A DNA stretch of 41,333 bases from a virus: positions 1 to 41,333 of the IMG/VR virus record IMGVR_UViG_3300003322_000573. The stretch is one strand, 5' to 3'. Shown piece by piece: positions 23,340 to 31,078 of this stretch. The notes below the pieces were generated by a model that was not told the origin of the DNA, did not search any database, and was given only the letters and a program-made list of their open reading frames with translations. The first letter of the stretch is position 1. Every line of letters begins with the position of its first letter. Made by a program: the position numbers and the translations under genes.

Positions 23340-24727
23340 GTTAAAACAGTGACAATATGGGGTCATTGGAATAGTCGAATAATTGAATCGAGATTCATGC
23401 ATCCCTGTCTTGTTACTGATGGGGATTTTTCTTATCCTAGGCTCAAACGGCAATTTGTACCTAGGTAGGAAAAATCCCACCATTATCATATTCATGTAGG
23501 TACATGGCGGTACAAGGATTGGGAGATTTCTTGTACCGCTTAACCTAAGTTACATCCATTACTGGATATACAAGTAAACGGTAACTATAAGAAAACAAAA
23601 TCGTTAGCCAACGGGAGACGGTGAAGGCTCCTTACGAAAGTAAGATACTCCCTCTTATGTAGCCTACCAGAAGTAAGATCCATCAACCTAGTGATTGATG
23701 GTTAATTAGTCCGCACAGTGGTAAGACTAGGGCACGCCACCTTACTTCACTTGTATATTCAAACTGGCCATATAAGTAGTGTGGACTTCTATATCCCCTC
23801 GCCACGCGAAGCCTGTATTCGCGGCTTATATGGCTTGCCAGTAGTAAGTGGCGGGGTCTAATTGTACAGACACGGCCGCTTCAACGAGCTTTAAACTCGC
23901 CGAGATGCGAGGCAGGGAAACTGTGAGAAGTTTTCGACAGCGGCTTACTTCTGGCACCAGTAATGGATGTAACGAATGTTATAGAGCAGCAGTGAGGGAA
24001 CGGCTAATGTTTACACGCGAGGAGCCTTGCGGTGACTAGGCGGCAAGTGGCCATTGGATGATACAACCAAATAAAAAAACTACTCATTAGCCAACCGCCC
24101 CTCTCTCATGTTCTATAACACGTTAAGCGTAGTAGTGCTGGAAATGAACAATGTTATGTCATGACCGATAGACATAGGCACACAAAGGATCGGATCTGAG
24201 GTGTCTTCCCCTCATCAGGCAAGCTAGTAAAGACCTGATGAGTGCACGGAGCATCATTTCTAGCACCATATGCTTAACACCTCACATAGCAAGGTGAATC
24301 GGTAAGTGCGAACCAGCGAGTCCCCGTAAGGGTGGAATGAAACATCTGGGTAAATCTGAGGATGCTATCTAGGCTTAGCGGCCGACGTTAATCAGTGAAT
24401 CGTATTATCCGCGATAGCTGCCCTGCTGAAATGATGACGACCTTTCATCGGGTCTAGGCAGGTAAGAAGCGGAGCAAGCCATACTTACCTTATCGGTTCA
24501 TCCTGCTATGTGAATAGATACCAGGTTTTAGAACATACCAATGCTAGCAGTAACCGAAACGGCGAAAGCAATTCTGCAGCACAGCGAGTAACTAAGGCAT
24601 AGACGTTACTGCTAGCTTCGTGTGTTCTAAATTCCATGCACCTACATGAATAGTTGGCGGGTATGCGAGGCCCGCCAACGTTGAGAGTGGTGTTGGCGCC
24701 AGGTGATGCCCACCCTTACCTGGCGCT
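23340..24727 (+). ncRNA. Candidate giant (~1.4 kb) structured non-coding RNA or structured leader
   Basis: ORF-free in all frames. More than 12 long helices, including 10-13 bp perfect stems, nested multi-tier domains, GNRA tetraloops on the + strand and one pseudoknot candidate (details in findings). The strand assignment is tentative. Confidence 0.55.
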
Positions 24728-24781
24728 ATCTCTGCTCTTGAATGTATGTAAAAACAAGTAACTCGCCGGAAGGAGTGAAGT

Positions 24782-25051
24782 ATGAAAGTAGATAACGTTA
24801 TGCAACAGGCCGAAGAGGCATTGGATTACTGGGAAAGTGGTTCGATGTGGGCGCGTCTTATTGAGCGTGACATAAACGACAACGACATGGAGGCACTGCA
24901 GTTCCATGTAGATGAAGCAAACGCCCAAAAAAACCTGCAGGAAAGCTTTACACATGATTTTATTGACCGGCTGATAGATGGGGAAGACATTTCTTTTAAC
25001 ACGGATAACTGGCCAGTAGTGCAGATGCCTAAAGGAGTTGGCCGTGAGTAG
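24782..25051 (+). CDS. Hypothetical early protein (89 aa)
   Basis: CCGGAAGGAG RBS 7 nt upstream. First gene of the rightward early operon. Confidence 0.7.
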   Translation: MKVDNVMQQAEEALDYWESGSMWARLIERDINDNDMEALQFHVDEANAQKNLQESFTHDFIDRLIDGEDISFNTDNWPVVQMPKGVGRE

Positions 25052-25808
25052 CGTGTTTGAAACAGGTATTCGCCCGAAAATTGACGAGTACTTAGATACA
25101 AAATCTAAAGAGCGTAGGGATTATGGCGAATACTGGTCGGCAAGTTCTGCTGGTTATTGTATGCGTAAGAACATATTTGAACGGTTGCAGGTTCCTTATA
25201 CGAACGATGATCCGCGTAAACAACGAGTATTCGCCGCTGGACATATTTTCCATGAGTGGGTACAGCGAATTACTAAAGAGAGCGGCTTGTCTGTTGCACA
25301 GGAGCTTGAGTTGCAAGATGAAGACCTGATGACACGGGGACATATAGATGACCTTGTGGTTATAGAAGGTAACCTGATTCTCTACGACTACAAGACGCAG
25401 AATAGCCGGGCATTTACCTGGCAAAAAGATAAGCCAATAAGCTACTTCCACAAAATGCAGCTTGGCACGTATATGTACATGCTACGTAAAAAGGGTGAAT
25501 CAACCCCTGAAGGTGCAGAAGGATATAGATTCAGAATGCTAAATGAAGCTCGTATTTTGAAAATATCCAAGGACGACCTACGAATGGACGAAAACGTTCT
25601 GGAGTGGAACAACGAGCTTGAAAGCAGGGTAGTAACTTATTGGCGTGAGCTGAACGAAGCTTGGAAACGTTTTAAGGACAGTGGCAGTCTTCCCATTTGC
25701 ACATGCGCCGACCGTGAAGGCGGCTTTATGGCGAAAGAGAAGTGGAACCCTTTCTTTTATAACGGAGAGCCGTGTTCGGCGGAGTGGTTTGAAAAACAGA
25801 GGAAATAA
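25044..25808 (+). CDS. PD-(D/E)XK exonuclease, Cas4/RecB-like (about 254 aa)
   Basis: GHIFHEWVQ, RGHIDDLVV and LYDYKTQ (nuclease core). One N-terminal Cys (AGYCMRK) and C-terminal Cys residues (PICTCADREGG...GEPCSAEW), as in Fe-S Cas4-type nucleases. GTG at 25044 has AAGGAG at 6 nt; the longest ORF starts at TTG 25038. Confidence 0.65.
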   Translation: MSSVFETGIRPKIDEYLDTKSKERRDYGEYWSASSAGYCMRKNIFERLQVPYTNDDPRKQRVFAAGHIFHEWVQRITKESGLSVAQELELQDEDLMTRGHIDDLVVIEGNLILYDYKTQNSRAFTWQKDKPISYFHKMQLGTYMYMLRKKGESTPEGAEGYRFRMLNEARILKISKDDLRMDENVLEWNNELESRVVTYWRELNEAWKRFKDSGSLPICTCADREGGFMAKEKWNPFFYNGEPCSAEWFEKQRK

Positions 25809-25818
25809 GGAGGTTAGA

Positions 25819-26025
25819 ATGGGGGCAACATTAGAGGGTAACAGGAAGTCGCACGAAACGCTTAAGCGCAAGCTTGGCCATGAAGGGTATATAGCCCATA
25901 TGCGTGCCATTGGCGCACGTGGCGGTAAAGCTTCTGTGAAAAAAGGGTTTGCGATGACGAGCAAGCAGTATAACGTCGGTACGTTTGAACACGCCGATTA
26001 TGATTCCATGGTGGGAGACGAATAA
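25819..26025 (+). CDS. Hypothetical basic protein (68 aa)
   Basis: AGGAGG RBS before the ATG at 25819. The ORF-track version (25681) overlaps the upstream gene and is probably over-extended. Confidence 0.6.
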   Translation: MGATLEGNRKSHETLKRKLGHEGYIAHMRAIGARGGKASVKKGFAMTSKQYNVGTFEHADYDSMVGDE

Positions 26026-26307
26026 ATGCACCAGTTATCCATGAATGACCTTTTTAATAAAGGTAAAGAGGACTGGCTAGAAAAGGCGCGCCATACCGCT
26101 AAGAAGCTTTTGGCTGGAAGATACAGCATAACCATAGAAGACGTACTGGAAATTTGCCCAAGGCCGGATTACTTGCATAGAAATACGATAGGGAAAGTAT
26201 TTAACGACGAGTTTGTGCCAGTGGGGTTCGAAAAATCGCGCCGGGCGATCTCTAAGGGACGCTGGATCCGCAAGTGGAGGCTAAGAAGTGAACGTCGTAC
26301 CTACTGA
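26026..26307 (+). CDS. Hypothetical protein (93 aa)
   Basis: ORF track. GGGAG RBS. Confidence 0.65.
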   Translation: MHQLSMNDLFNKGKEDWLEKARHTAKKLLAGRYSITIEDVLEICPRPDYLHRNTIGKVFNDEFVPVGFEKSRRAISKGRWIRKWRLRSERRTY

Positions 26308-26629
26308 GCAGCAAGAGCAGATTGCTTTAGTTCAGTACTTAACGATTAGAGGCATTCCGCACTTTCGTGTTCCGAATGAGACGTACACGAAAAGCTGGAA
26401 TCAAAAGCGGCTAAACAAAGCCCTTGGGGTGAAGTCCGGCGTTCCAGACCTGTTTGTAATTTACAAGAACCGAATGAAGGCTGTTGAGCTAAAGCGTAAG
26501 AAAGGAGGGGTGACAAGCGACGCACAGAAAGAGTGGATAGGCATATTAAACGAAGCTGGCATACCAGCAAAGGTATGTAAAGGAAGCGATGAGGCAATCG
26601 CGTTTATAGAAGGAGATGGTGATGATTGA
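26288..26629 (+). CDS. VRR-NUC domain nuclease (113 aa, GTG start)
   Basis: EQIALVQYL...IPHFRVPNE...GVKSGVPDLFVIYKNRMKAVELKRKKG...QKEWIGILNEAG, the typical VRR-NUC pattern (D...ELK core). Confidence 0.75.
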   Translation: MNVVPTEQQEQIALVQYLTIRGIPHFRVPNETYTKSWNQKRLNKALGVKSGVPDLFVIYKNRMKAVELKRKKGGVTSDAQKEWIGILNEAGIPAKVCKGSDEAIAFIEGDGDD

Positions 26630-26768
26630 AACAGAACCGCGCCAAGAATACATAGAGGAGTTACGGGTAGGTTATCTACTGGGAGATATTTCGATTGATC
26701 GGGATGACCCACGTACTACCTCAGGACTGACCGAAGAAGAAGTTAACTATATTACAGGAGAAAAGTAA
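26616..26768 (+). CDS. Small hypothetical protein (50 aa)
   Basis: AGGAG before the ATG at 26616. TAATG overlap with the next gene. Below the ORF-track cut-off. Confidence 0.45.
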   Translation: MVMIETEPRQEYIEELRVGYLLGDISIDRDDPRTTSGLTEEEVNYITGEK

Positions 26769-27274
26769 TGTCATTATACGAAAATGCAAGCAAGTACGTG
26801 AACACGGGAAGCGATATGTTCGTTAACGTATCATCTGGAAAGAAGGTTCGTCTGCGTATCATTGACCACCCGTACGTATCACTAAAACAGTGGCGTGATG
26901 GCGACGAGCTAAAAACCCGTTTCCACTGGCCGGTATGGGATTATGAGGCAGACAAGGTAAAAATTCTCGAGCAGGGGCCTATGGTGTTTAACCTGATCGC
27001 AGATATCGTTTCTGAATACGGTGAGGAGGTGCCAATGGACTGTGACATCGTTCTGGGACGTACCGGTGAGGGTATGAATACGCGGTACTCCGTCGTGCCA
27101 AGCAAAGTACGCGCTGACCTTCCCGCCTTTGAGAAGCCTGATATGGCGAGCATCGTAAAGGGTGGTGTTCCATTAAGCGAATTCGGCAAAGGTAAAAAGC
27201 CGGTCGTTCAAAGGAAAGATGCTGACTACGAGCCAGAGGAAGTGCCGCTAAATGCATATGACGACATTGCTTGA
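26768..27274 (+). CDS. Putative ssDNA-binding protein with acidic C-terminal tail (168 aa)
   Basis: Beta-rich core and a C-terminus DADYEPEEVPLNAYDDIA, as in phage SSBs (T7 gp2.5 type). Located among nuclease genes. Similarity not verified. Confidence 0.45.
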   Translation: MSLYENASKYVNTGSDMFVNVSSGKKVRLRIIDHPYVSLKQWRDGDELKTRFHWPVWDYEADKVKILEQGPMVFNLIADIVSEYGEEVPMDCDIVLGRTGEGMNTRYSVVPSKVRADLPAFEKPDMASIVKGGVPLSEFGKGKKPVVQRKDADYEPEEVPLNAYDDIA

Positions 27275-27372
27275 CACGAAAGAACAGCGTCTTCGGGATG
27301 CATTAGGGCTTATCATACCCTATACCGAAGAAGAGCTAAAGCTACTTGAGAAATAAATAACAGGGGTATGAG

Positions 27373-27651
27373 ATGTTTAAAACAAGGGAATGGCTCCATA
27401 GCATAAAAAGTTGGAAAGAAGTGGAAACCGAACGGCTTAAGGCTTCTGGCATGGATAAGACCGAAAACGACCACATATGGATTGCCAGGGTATGGACGAA
27501 TAACTTTCTTGATAAGGAGAACTTACTGTTTAGCGTACCTTTTGACACCAGGAAACAGGTACGGAACTTCAAAGTATTAACTGAGGCTTCTCGGGCAAAG
27601 TATAAGGTTACGTACCACCGGATTGATATGGATGGGGAATATATGCAGTGA
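27373..27651 (+). CDS. Hypothetical protein (92 aa)
   Basis: ORF track. AGGGG RBS. Confidence 0.65.
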   Translation: MFKTREWLHSIKSWKEVETERLKASGMDKTENDHIWIARVWTNNFLDKENLLFSVPFDTRKQVRNFKVLTEASRAKYKVTYHRIDMDGEYMQ

Positions 27652-27830
27652 GTGATTACGATAAACTCCTTGCAATAGCTGGGCTTATAGGACAGTTTTT
27701 AAGCGTTGTCTTCTATTTCGTCTCCATTGTTTGGTTTGCCATTTGCATAGCGGTGTGTGCACATGTGCTGTTTGGGTGTATCCGTAACCACAATGCATAT
27801 TTACGTATCAAAAAATCACTAAGGAGATAG
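27648..27830 (+). CDS. Small membrane protein (60 aa, GTG start)
   Basis: Two hydrophobic segments (LLAIAGLIGQFLSVVFYFVSIVWFAICIAVCAHVLF). GTGA overlap with the upstream gene. Confidence 0.6.
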   Translation: MSDYDKLLAIAGLIGQFLSVVFYFVSIVWFAICIAVCAHVLFGCIRNHNAYLRIKKSLRR

Positions 27831-27834
27831 CACC

Positions 27835-27981
27835 ATGGAAAACGGGTGGGTCACACAAAGAGAAAACCTAGAACCCTTAGTAGATGAATTAATAGACTTC
27901 TACGATCAATTAGCTATGAATGCAATGAATAAGATAGTAAACGAAGTAAGGAGAAATAACGATGAAATCAAACAAATTTAA
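27835..27981 (+). CDS. Small hypothetical protein (48 aa)
   Basis: AAGGAG RBS. Overlaps the next gene by 20 nt. Below the ORF-track cut-off. Confidence 0.4.
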   Translation: MENGWVTQRENLEPLVDELIDFYDQLAMNAMNKIVNEVRRNNDEIKQI

Positions 27982-28291
27982 TGGGCTCCGTCACGGAGAA
28001 AACCTACTGCTCCCCGTAAATGATGTAACTGGTAAGGTTACACAGCACACCGCATACATAGTCGGTCACTCGGAAACCGGGCACCACCACGTACTGGAAA
28101 GCAAAGAGAAATTCGATGTTATCGTAAAGGACGACGAGTTGTACCTTCGCCTCTTCAATCCGGCCTCGTTGGTACACAAAAAGACGACCGACAAACACAA
28201 AACCTTGCTAGTGAAGCCAGGTACTTATAAAGTCCACCGTAAAACAGAATACGACCCTTGGAACGAAGTTATCCGAGAGGTATTTGATTAG
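27962..28291 (+). CDS. Hypothetical protein (109 aa)
   Basis: ORF track. AAGGAG RBS. Confidence 0.65.
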   Translation: MKSNKFNGLRHGENLLLPVNDVTGKVTQHTAYIVGHSETGHHHVLESKEKFDVIVKDDELYLRLFNPASLVHKKTTDKHKTLLVKPGTYKVHRKTEYDPWNEVIREVFD

Positions 28292-28299
28292 GAGTTACC

Positions 28300-29199
28300 A
28301 TGTCAGAGATTAATAAAAGCGCACAGGAAGTTATTGACCGCCTGAAAGCGATTAACTACGACGAACCGTACTGGAATGAGAAGAAAGTTATCAAGGCATT
28401 TGAGAAACAGTATGAGCTTTTAGGTGTTGATATGCCTAAGGTAGAGATCGCAGATAATATGATGATCGGCTACCAGCTGGCGACGGATGCTGCTTGGGAT
28501 GCTGCTCGGGGTGCTGCTTGGGATGCTGCTTGGGATGCTGCTCGGGGTGCTGCTTGGGATGCTGCTTGGGATGCTGCTCGGGGTGCTGCTCGGGGTGCTG
28601 CCGCGAGAAATACCGGTCTCACAGATGCCGCAACCCTCAAATGGATAAAAGTATCAGAACAGGAGCTCATTGCTCTCGAAGGTGGGTTAGGTTACTTCTT
28701 CCCCATGAAAGATAAACTTATTCTTGTTCCTATGCCTCGTATGATCATGGTCGGTGAGACACTTCACTATGATCACGGTATGGCCGTCCAGTGGAAAGAT
28801 GGTCAGGGTTTTTACTTCCTCCGAGGGGTGAAGTTTGACGAAGATTTGTACTGGAAAGTGGTCGATCGTAAGCTGACAGCTGAAGAGACCCTGCTTATTA
28901 AGAACTCCGACCAGCGTATGGCTGCCATTTCGATGCTCCGCCCTGATGTACTACTAAAACAAATGAATGCCCACCTTATTGATACCGGTCAGAAAGGCAC
29001 CCGCTTATATGAAGTAAAAGACTTCATGGGCACCGGAAGAACTGAATACTGTATGCTCATGGACGACGCTTCGACTGACCGCCAGTTTATTGAGTGGACG
29101 CCACCAGAAATAGGCAAACAAGGTGATGCCGAACTCTGCCAAGCGCACGCGTTCGGTATCCCATTGGAAGATTGGCTGCTCGTTACAGAGGAAGCATAA
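28300..29199 (+). CDS. Repeat-containing protein (299 aa) with a (D/G)AA(W/R) tetrapeptide array
   Basis: DAAWDAARGAAWDAAWDAARGAAWDAAWDAARGAARGAAA, followed by a globular C-terminal domain (...HYDHGMAVQWKDGQGFYFLRGVKFDEDLYWKV...). I recall similar AAWDAAR arrays in bacterial hypothetical proteins; not verified. Confidence 0.75.
   Translation: MSEINKSAQEVIDRLKAINYDEPYWNEKKVIKAFEKQYELLGVDMPKVEIADNMMIGYQLATDAAWDAARGAAWDAAWDAARGAAWDAAWDAARGAARGAAARNTGLTDAATLKWIKVSEQELIALEGGLGYFFPMKDKLILVPMPRMIMVGETLHYDHGMAVQWKDGQGFYFLRGVKFDEDLYWKVVDRKLTAEETLLIKNSDQRMAAISMLRPDVLLKQMNAHLIDTGQKGTRLYEVKDFMGTGRTEYCMLMDDASTDRQFIEWTPPEIGKQGDAELCQAHAFGIPLEDWLLVTEEA
28486..28605. repeat. Tandem repeat: 10 x 12 nt (3 x 36-nt higher-order units plus degenerate units)
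   Basis: Units gatgctgcttgg, gatgctgctcgg and ggtgctgcttgg repeat, in frame with the 28300 ORF. Confidence 0.9.
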
Positions 29200-29212
29200 G
29201 GAAGCTAAATAA

Positions 29213-29419
29213 ATGAATACCAAAGAAATCTACGAACAAGACCGCTACGACCTCCTCCACCAAATCACCCACCGCGCCATCATGAAGGAATGGGACTTAG
29301 TAGAAAAATACAAAGCATTGTACCAGGAACTGTATGGCCCGTTACCTGGTGAAGCTGTACAAACACACCCGATAGTTATTCCGACCGGTAAAGGTGAGAT
29401 GTATGGAGCTGGCGTATGA
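29213..29419 (+). CDS. Hypothetical protein (68 aa)
   Basis: ORF track. AAGGAAG RBS. Its stop TGA lies inside the next start element. Confidence 0.65.
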   Translation: MNTKEIYEQDRYDLLHQITHRAIMKEWDLVEKYKALYQELYGPLPGEAVQTHPIVIPTGKGEMYGAGV

Positions 29420-29439
29420 GTGATAGTAAGTCTACAGAA
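29416..29439 (+). repeat. Start element copy 1 (ATGAGTGATAGTAAGTCTACAGAA)
   Basis: Core AGTAAGTCTACAGAA at 29425-39, with a 6-nt insertion after ATGAGT. Confidence 0.9.
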
Positions 29440-29706
29440 AACAAGAGGGGAGAAACTATGAATAGAGGGAGTTTAAGTGACTTTCTGCGCGAACTGGATG
29501 AGCGAGTGTGGGAATACGAGCGTGAGACACGAAGAACCTTAGATCGGCAGATAGAGCTGGAGCAGTGTGTGTATACGCTGCTGTCAGGGAAGAAACCAAC
29601 ACTCGACAACTACCAGTCTGTATGCAAAAGGCTTGACGGTATCAAAGATCACTTAAGAAACCCAGCGCTGTATGAACTCTCGAAGAAGAGGGCTGGTCAT
29701 GAGTAA
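29416..29706 (+). CDS. Hypothetical protein (96 aa), starts MSDSKSTE
   Basis: ORF track. Carries start element copy 1. Confidence 0.7.
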   Translation: MSDSKSTENKRGETMNRGSLSDFLRELDERVWEYERETRRTLDRQIELEQCVYTLLSGKKPTLDNYQSVCKRLDGIKDHLRNPALYELSKKRAGHE

Positions 29707-29716
29707 GCCTACAGAT
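29699..29716 (+). repeat. Start element copy 2 (ATGAGTAAGCCTACAGAT)
   Basis: 16 of 18 nt match the consensus. Contains the TAA of the upstream gene (29704-06). Confidence 0.85.
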
Positions 29717-29863
29717 GAAGGGAACTTTTTAATCGAAGTATCTGTTCCGCTCTACGAACGTATTAAACAGGAGCTTGGCGGTGCCTTTATTGACAACATG
29801 GAGCTTCACTACAGCCCGTATTGGAAAGCGATGAGTGAACGAGAGGAGCCCAAGGATGAGTAA
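29699..29863 (+). CDS. Hypothetical protein (54 aa), starts MSKPTDE
   Basis: Start placed at start element copy 2. The ORF-track start (29672) is probably over-extended. Confidence 0.6.
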   Translation: MSKPTDEGNFLIEVSVPLYERIKQELGGAFIDNMELHYSPYWKAMSEREEPKDE

Positions 29864-29873
29864 GTCTACAGAA
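29856..29873 (+). repeat. Start element copy 3 (ATGAGTAAGTCTACAGAA)
   Basis: 18/18. Contains the TAA of the upstream gene (29861-63). Confidence 0.9.
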
Positions 29874-30173
29874 TACTGCAACTGGACGTTCTGGGAGGCT
29901 ATAAAGCCCAGTAATAAGTGGGGCATTAGTCGTGATTGCGATGATACACCATTAGTGCAAAAGCCTGGCATTGGTCCATATGACTATGACGAAAGGGTAA
30001 CGCTCATACTAAGCCGTGACGGTGGTAAAAACTGGTCTGCCTACAAAGCATCATTGCAGCCACAAGTACAGCAAAGATACCCTTACTCAAGACCAGGTGC
30101 ACAATGCCCTAAGTGCCACAAAGAAGTAAATGGCGTAAACCCGTACGATGACGGTGAAACGTGGAGAAAATAG
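29856..30173 (+). CDS. Hypothetical protein (105 aa), starts MSKSTE; Cys pairs (CPKCH) suggest zinc binding
   Basis: Start placed at start element copy 3, with an AAGG RBS. Confidence 0.65.
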   Translation: MSKSTEYCNWTFWEAIKPSNKWGISRDCDDTPLVQKPGIGPYDYDERVTLILSRDGGKNWSAYKASLQPQVQQRYPYSRPGAQCPKCHKEVNGVNPYDDGETWRK

Positions 30174-30175
30174 GG

Positions 30176-30193
30176 ATGAGTAAGTCTACAGAA
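30176..30193 (+). repeat. Start element copy 4 (ATGAGTAAGTCTACAGAA)
   Basis: 18/18. The upstream gene stops 2 nt before it. Confidence 0.9.
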
Positions 30194-30364
30194 CCTCGAA
30201 CCAGCAAGGCTACCTGTACGAAAAAGAAGTCATTCGCTTCCCGTCAGACTGCTAGGAGAGCAGCAAAACGCAGGAATAAGGTCGAAAGTTACAAGTGGAG
30301 TACTTACTACGAATGTAATGTATGTGGTTTTTGGCACTTAACCACGAGAAAGGAAGAAGCATGA
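30176..30364 (+). CDS. Small basic protein (62 aa), starts MSKSTE; C-terminal YECNVCGFWHLT zinc-ribbon-like
   Basis: Start placed at start element copy 4. Confidence 0.65.
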   Translation: MSKSTEPRTSKATCTKKKSFASRQTARRAAKRRNKVESYKWSTYYECNVCGFWHLTTRKEEA

Positions 30365-30519
30365 ACTATAAAGATGTTGAGTCCGGAAGACCAGTCTTCC
30401 TTGATGGCTACGAAGTGTCGGATAGCCAGCGCTACAAGATGTGCGGCAACGCCGTGACCCCCAACATAATACAAGCGGTGTTTGAAAGGATACTCGCTGG
30501 GGAGGACAGCCATGAATAG
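30361..30519 (+). pseudogene. Orphan C-terminal fragment of a C5 cytosine DNA methyltransferase (52 aa)
   Basis: QRYKMCGNAVTPNIIQAVFERI matches motif X (GN[AS]V.P) of C5 methyltransferases. Motifs I-VIII are absent. It has an RBS and may still be translated. Confidence 0.5.
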
Positions 30520-30736
30520 GCCCGTAACGCCAAACCGAAAGAAAGGACAAGCAATGAAAGATACCACCCAAACCATCGAATCCATCCTCGACCAATACGG
30601 CCTCGCGCTGGCTACGGACGGCAAGCAGGGGCTTTCCAAGGCCGAGGCGGTCGAGGCTATCAATGCCCTCCGTAAAGCAGACGAACTCCGTAAGGAACTC
30701 GCTAAGCTCGAAGGTGAAATAGATGAGTGGCTATAA
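30512..30736 (+). CDS. Hypothetical protein (74 aa)
   Basis: GGGGAGG RBS before the ATG at 30512. The ORF-track start (30482) is over-extended. Confidence 0.6.
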   Translation: MNRPVTPNRKKGQAMKDTTQTIESILDQYGLALATDGKQGLSKAEAVEAINALRKADELRKELAKLEGEIDEWL

Positions 30737-31043
30737 AAAAATAACCAAACACCCCATCACCGGGAATTACGAGCTTGCTGAATATATAGATGATTACTTC
30801 CTGCCGCACGTTTACGGTGTAAAGTTCCCTTCCGAAGAAAAGGTGTATCCCTTTGATCTTATTGAAGAACGCCAGATTAAGAACTTTTGGGCTGAAGACG
30901 TAATCACCACTTTACGCGATAGTTTAGGACTCGAGTCCGGGTCAATTATAGACTTCTTGAATGATCTTAACATTACCTATAGAGATCGCTGGAAACGCGA
31001 CCCGCTGGGTGGTGAAGGCGCAACTATGGAGGGCACGGAATGA
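30723..31043 (+). CDS. Hypothetical protein (106 aa)
   Basis: ORF track. Its stop TGA lies inside start element copy 5. Confidence 0.65.
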   Translation: MSGYKKITKHPITGNYELAEYIDDYFLPHVYGVKFPSEEKVYPFDLIEERQIKNFWAEDVITTLRDSLGLESGSIIDFLNDLNITYRDRWKRDPLGGEGATMEGTE

Positions 31044-31063
31044 GTGATATTAAGTCTACAGAA
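31040..31063 (+). repeat. Start element copy 5 (ATGAGTGATATTAAGTCTACAGAA)
   Basis: Same 6-nt insertion type as copy 1. Contains the TGA of the upstream gene (31041-43). Confidence 0.9.
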
Positions 31064-31078
31064 CAGGAGTATCTATGA
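31040..31078 (+). CDS. 12-codon mini-ORF (MSDIKSTEQEYL), leader of the methyltransferase gene
   Basis: Start element copy 5. ATGA overlaps at both ends. Contains the AGGAG RBS of the next gene. Confidence 0.35.
   Translation: MSDIKSTEQEYL

Noticed and set aside
23848-24039. A 63-aa + strand ORF, plus a 65-aa minus-strand ORF at 23298-23495, inside the 1.4-kb non-coding block
   Set aside because: No Shine-Dalgarno sequence. Each starts inside predicted helices, has an Arg/Cys/Ser-rich or otherwise odd composition, and is not coupled to any neighbour. The region is better explained as structured RNA.
24289-24480. Local resemblance to RNase P RNA conserved regions: AAGGUGAAUCGGUAAGUGCGAACC versus GGGUGAAAGGGUGCGGUAAGAGCGCACC, CGGAGCAAGCC versus GGAGCAAGGCC, and CGACAGCGGCUUAC at 23935
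   Set aside because: The comparison is from memory of E. coli M1 RNA. The pieces are not collinear with RNase P: the CR-V-like piece lies upstream of the CR-II/III-like piece. There is no GAGGAAAGUCC box and no P4 pairing. I treat it as coincidence or at most a shared local motif; cmscan would settle it.
27258-27356. A 32-codon ORF (MTTLLDTKEQRLRDALGLIIPYTEEELKLLEK) bridging the gap between 27274 and 27373
   Set aside because: Not rejected outright, but the support is too weak to list as a feature. The only SD-like sequence (GAGGAAG) lies 14 nt upstream, the ATG is inside the preceding gene, and there is no coupling to the next start.
28470-28715. ORFs 28470-28670 (-) and 28494-28715 (+), and a possible CRISPR-like array
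   Set aside because: Both are by-products of the 12-nt tandem repeat, which is open in several frames. The units are contiguous with no spacers and lie in frame within the 28300 gene, so this is a coding repeat, not a CRISPR array.
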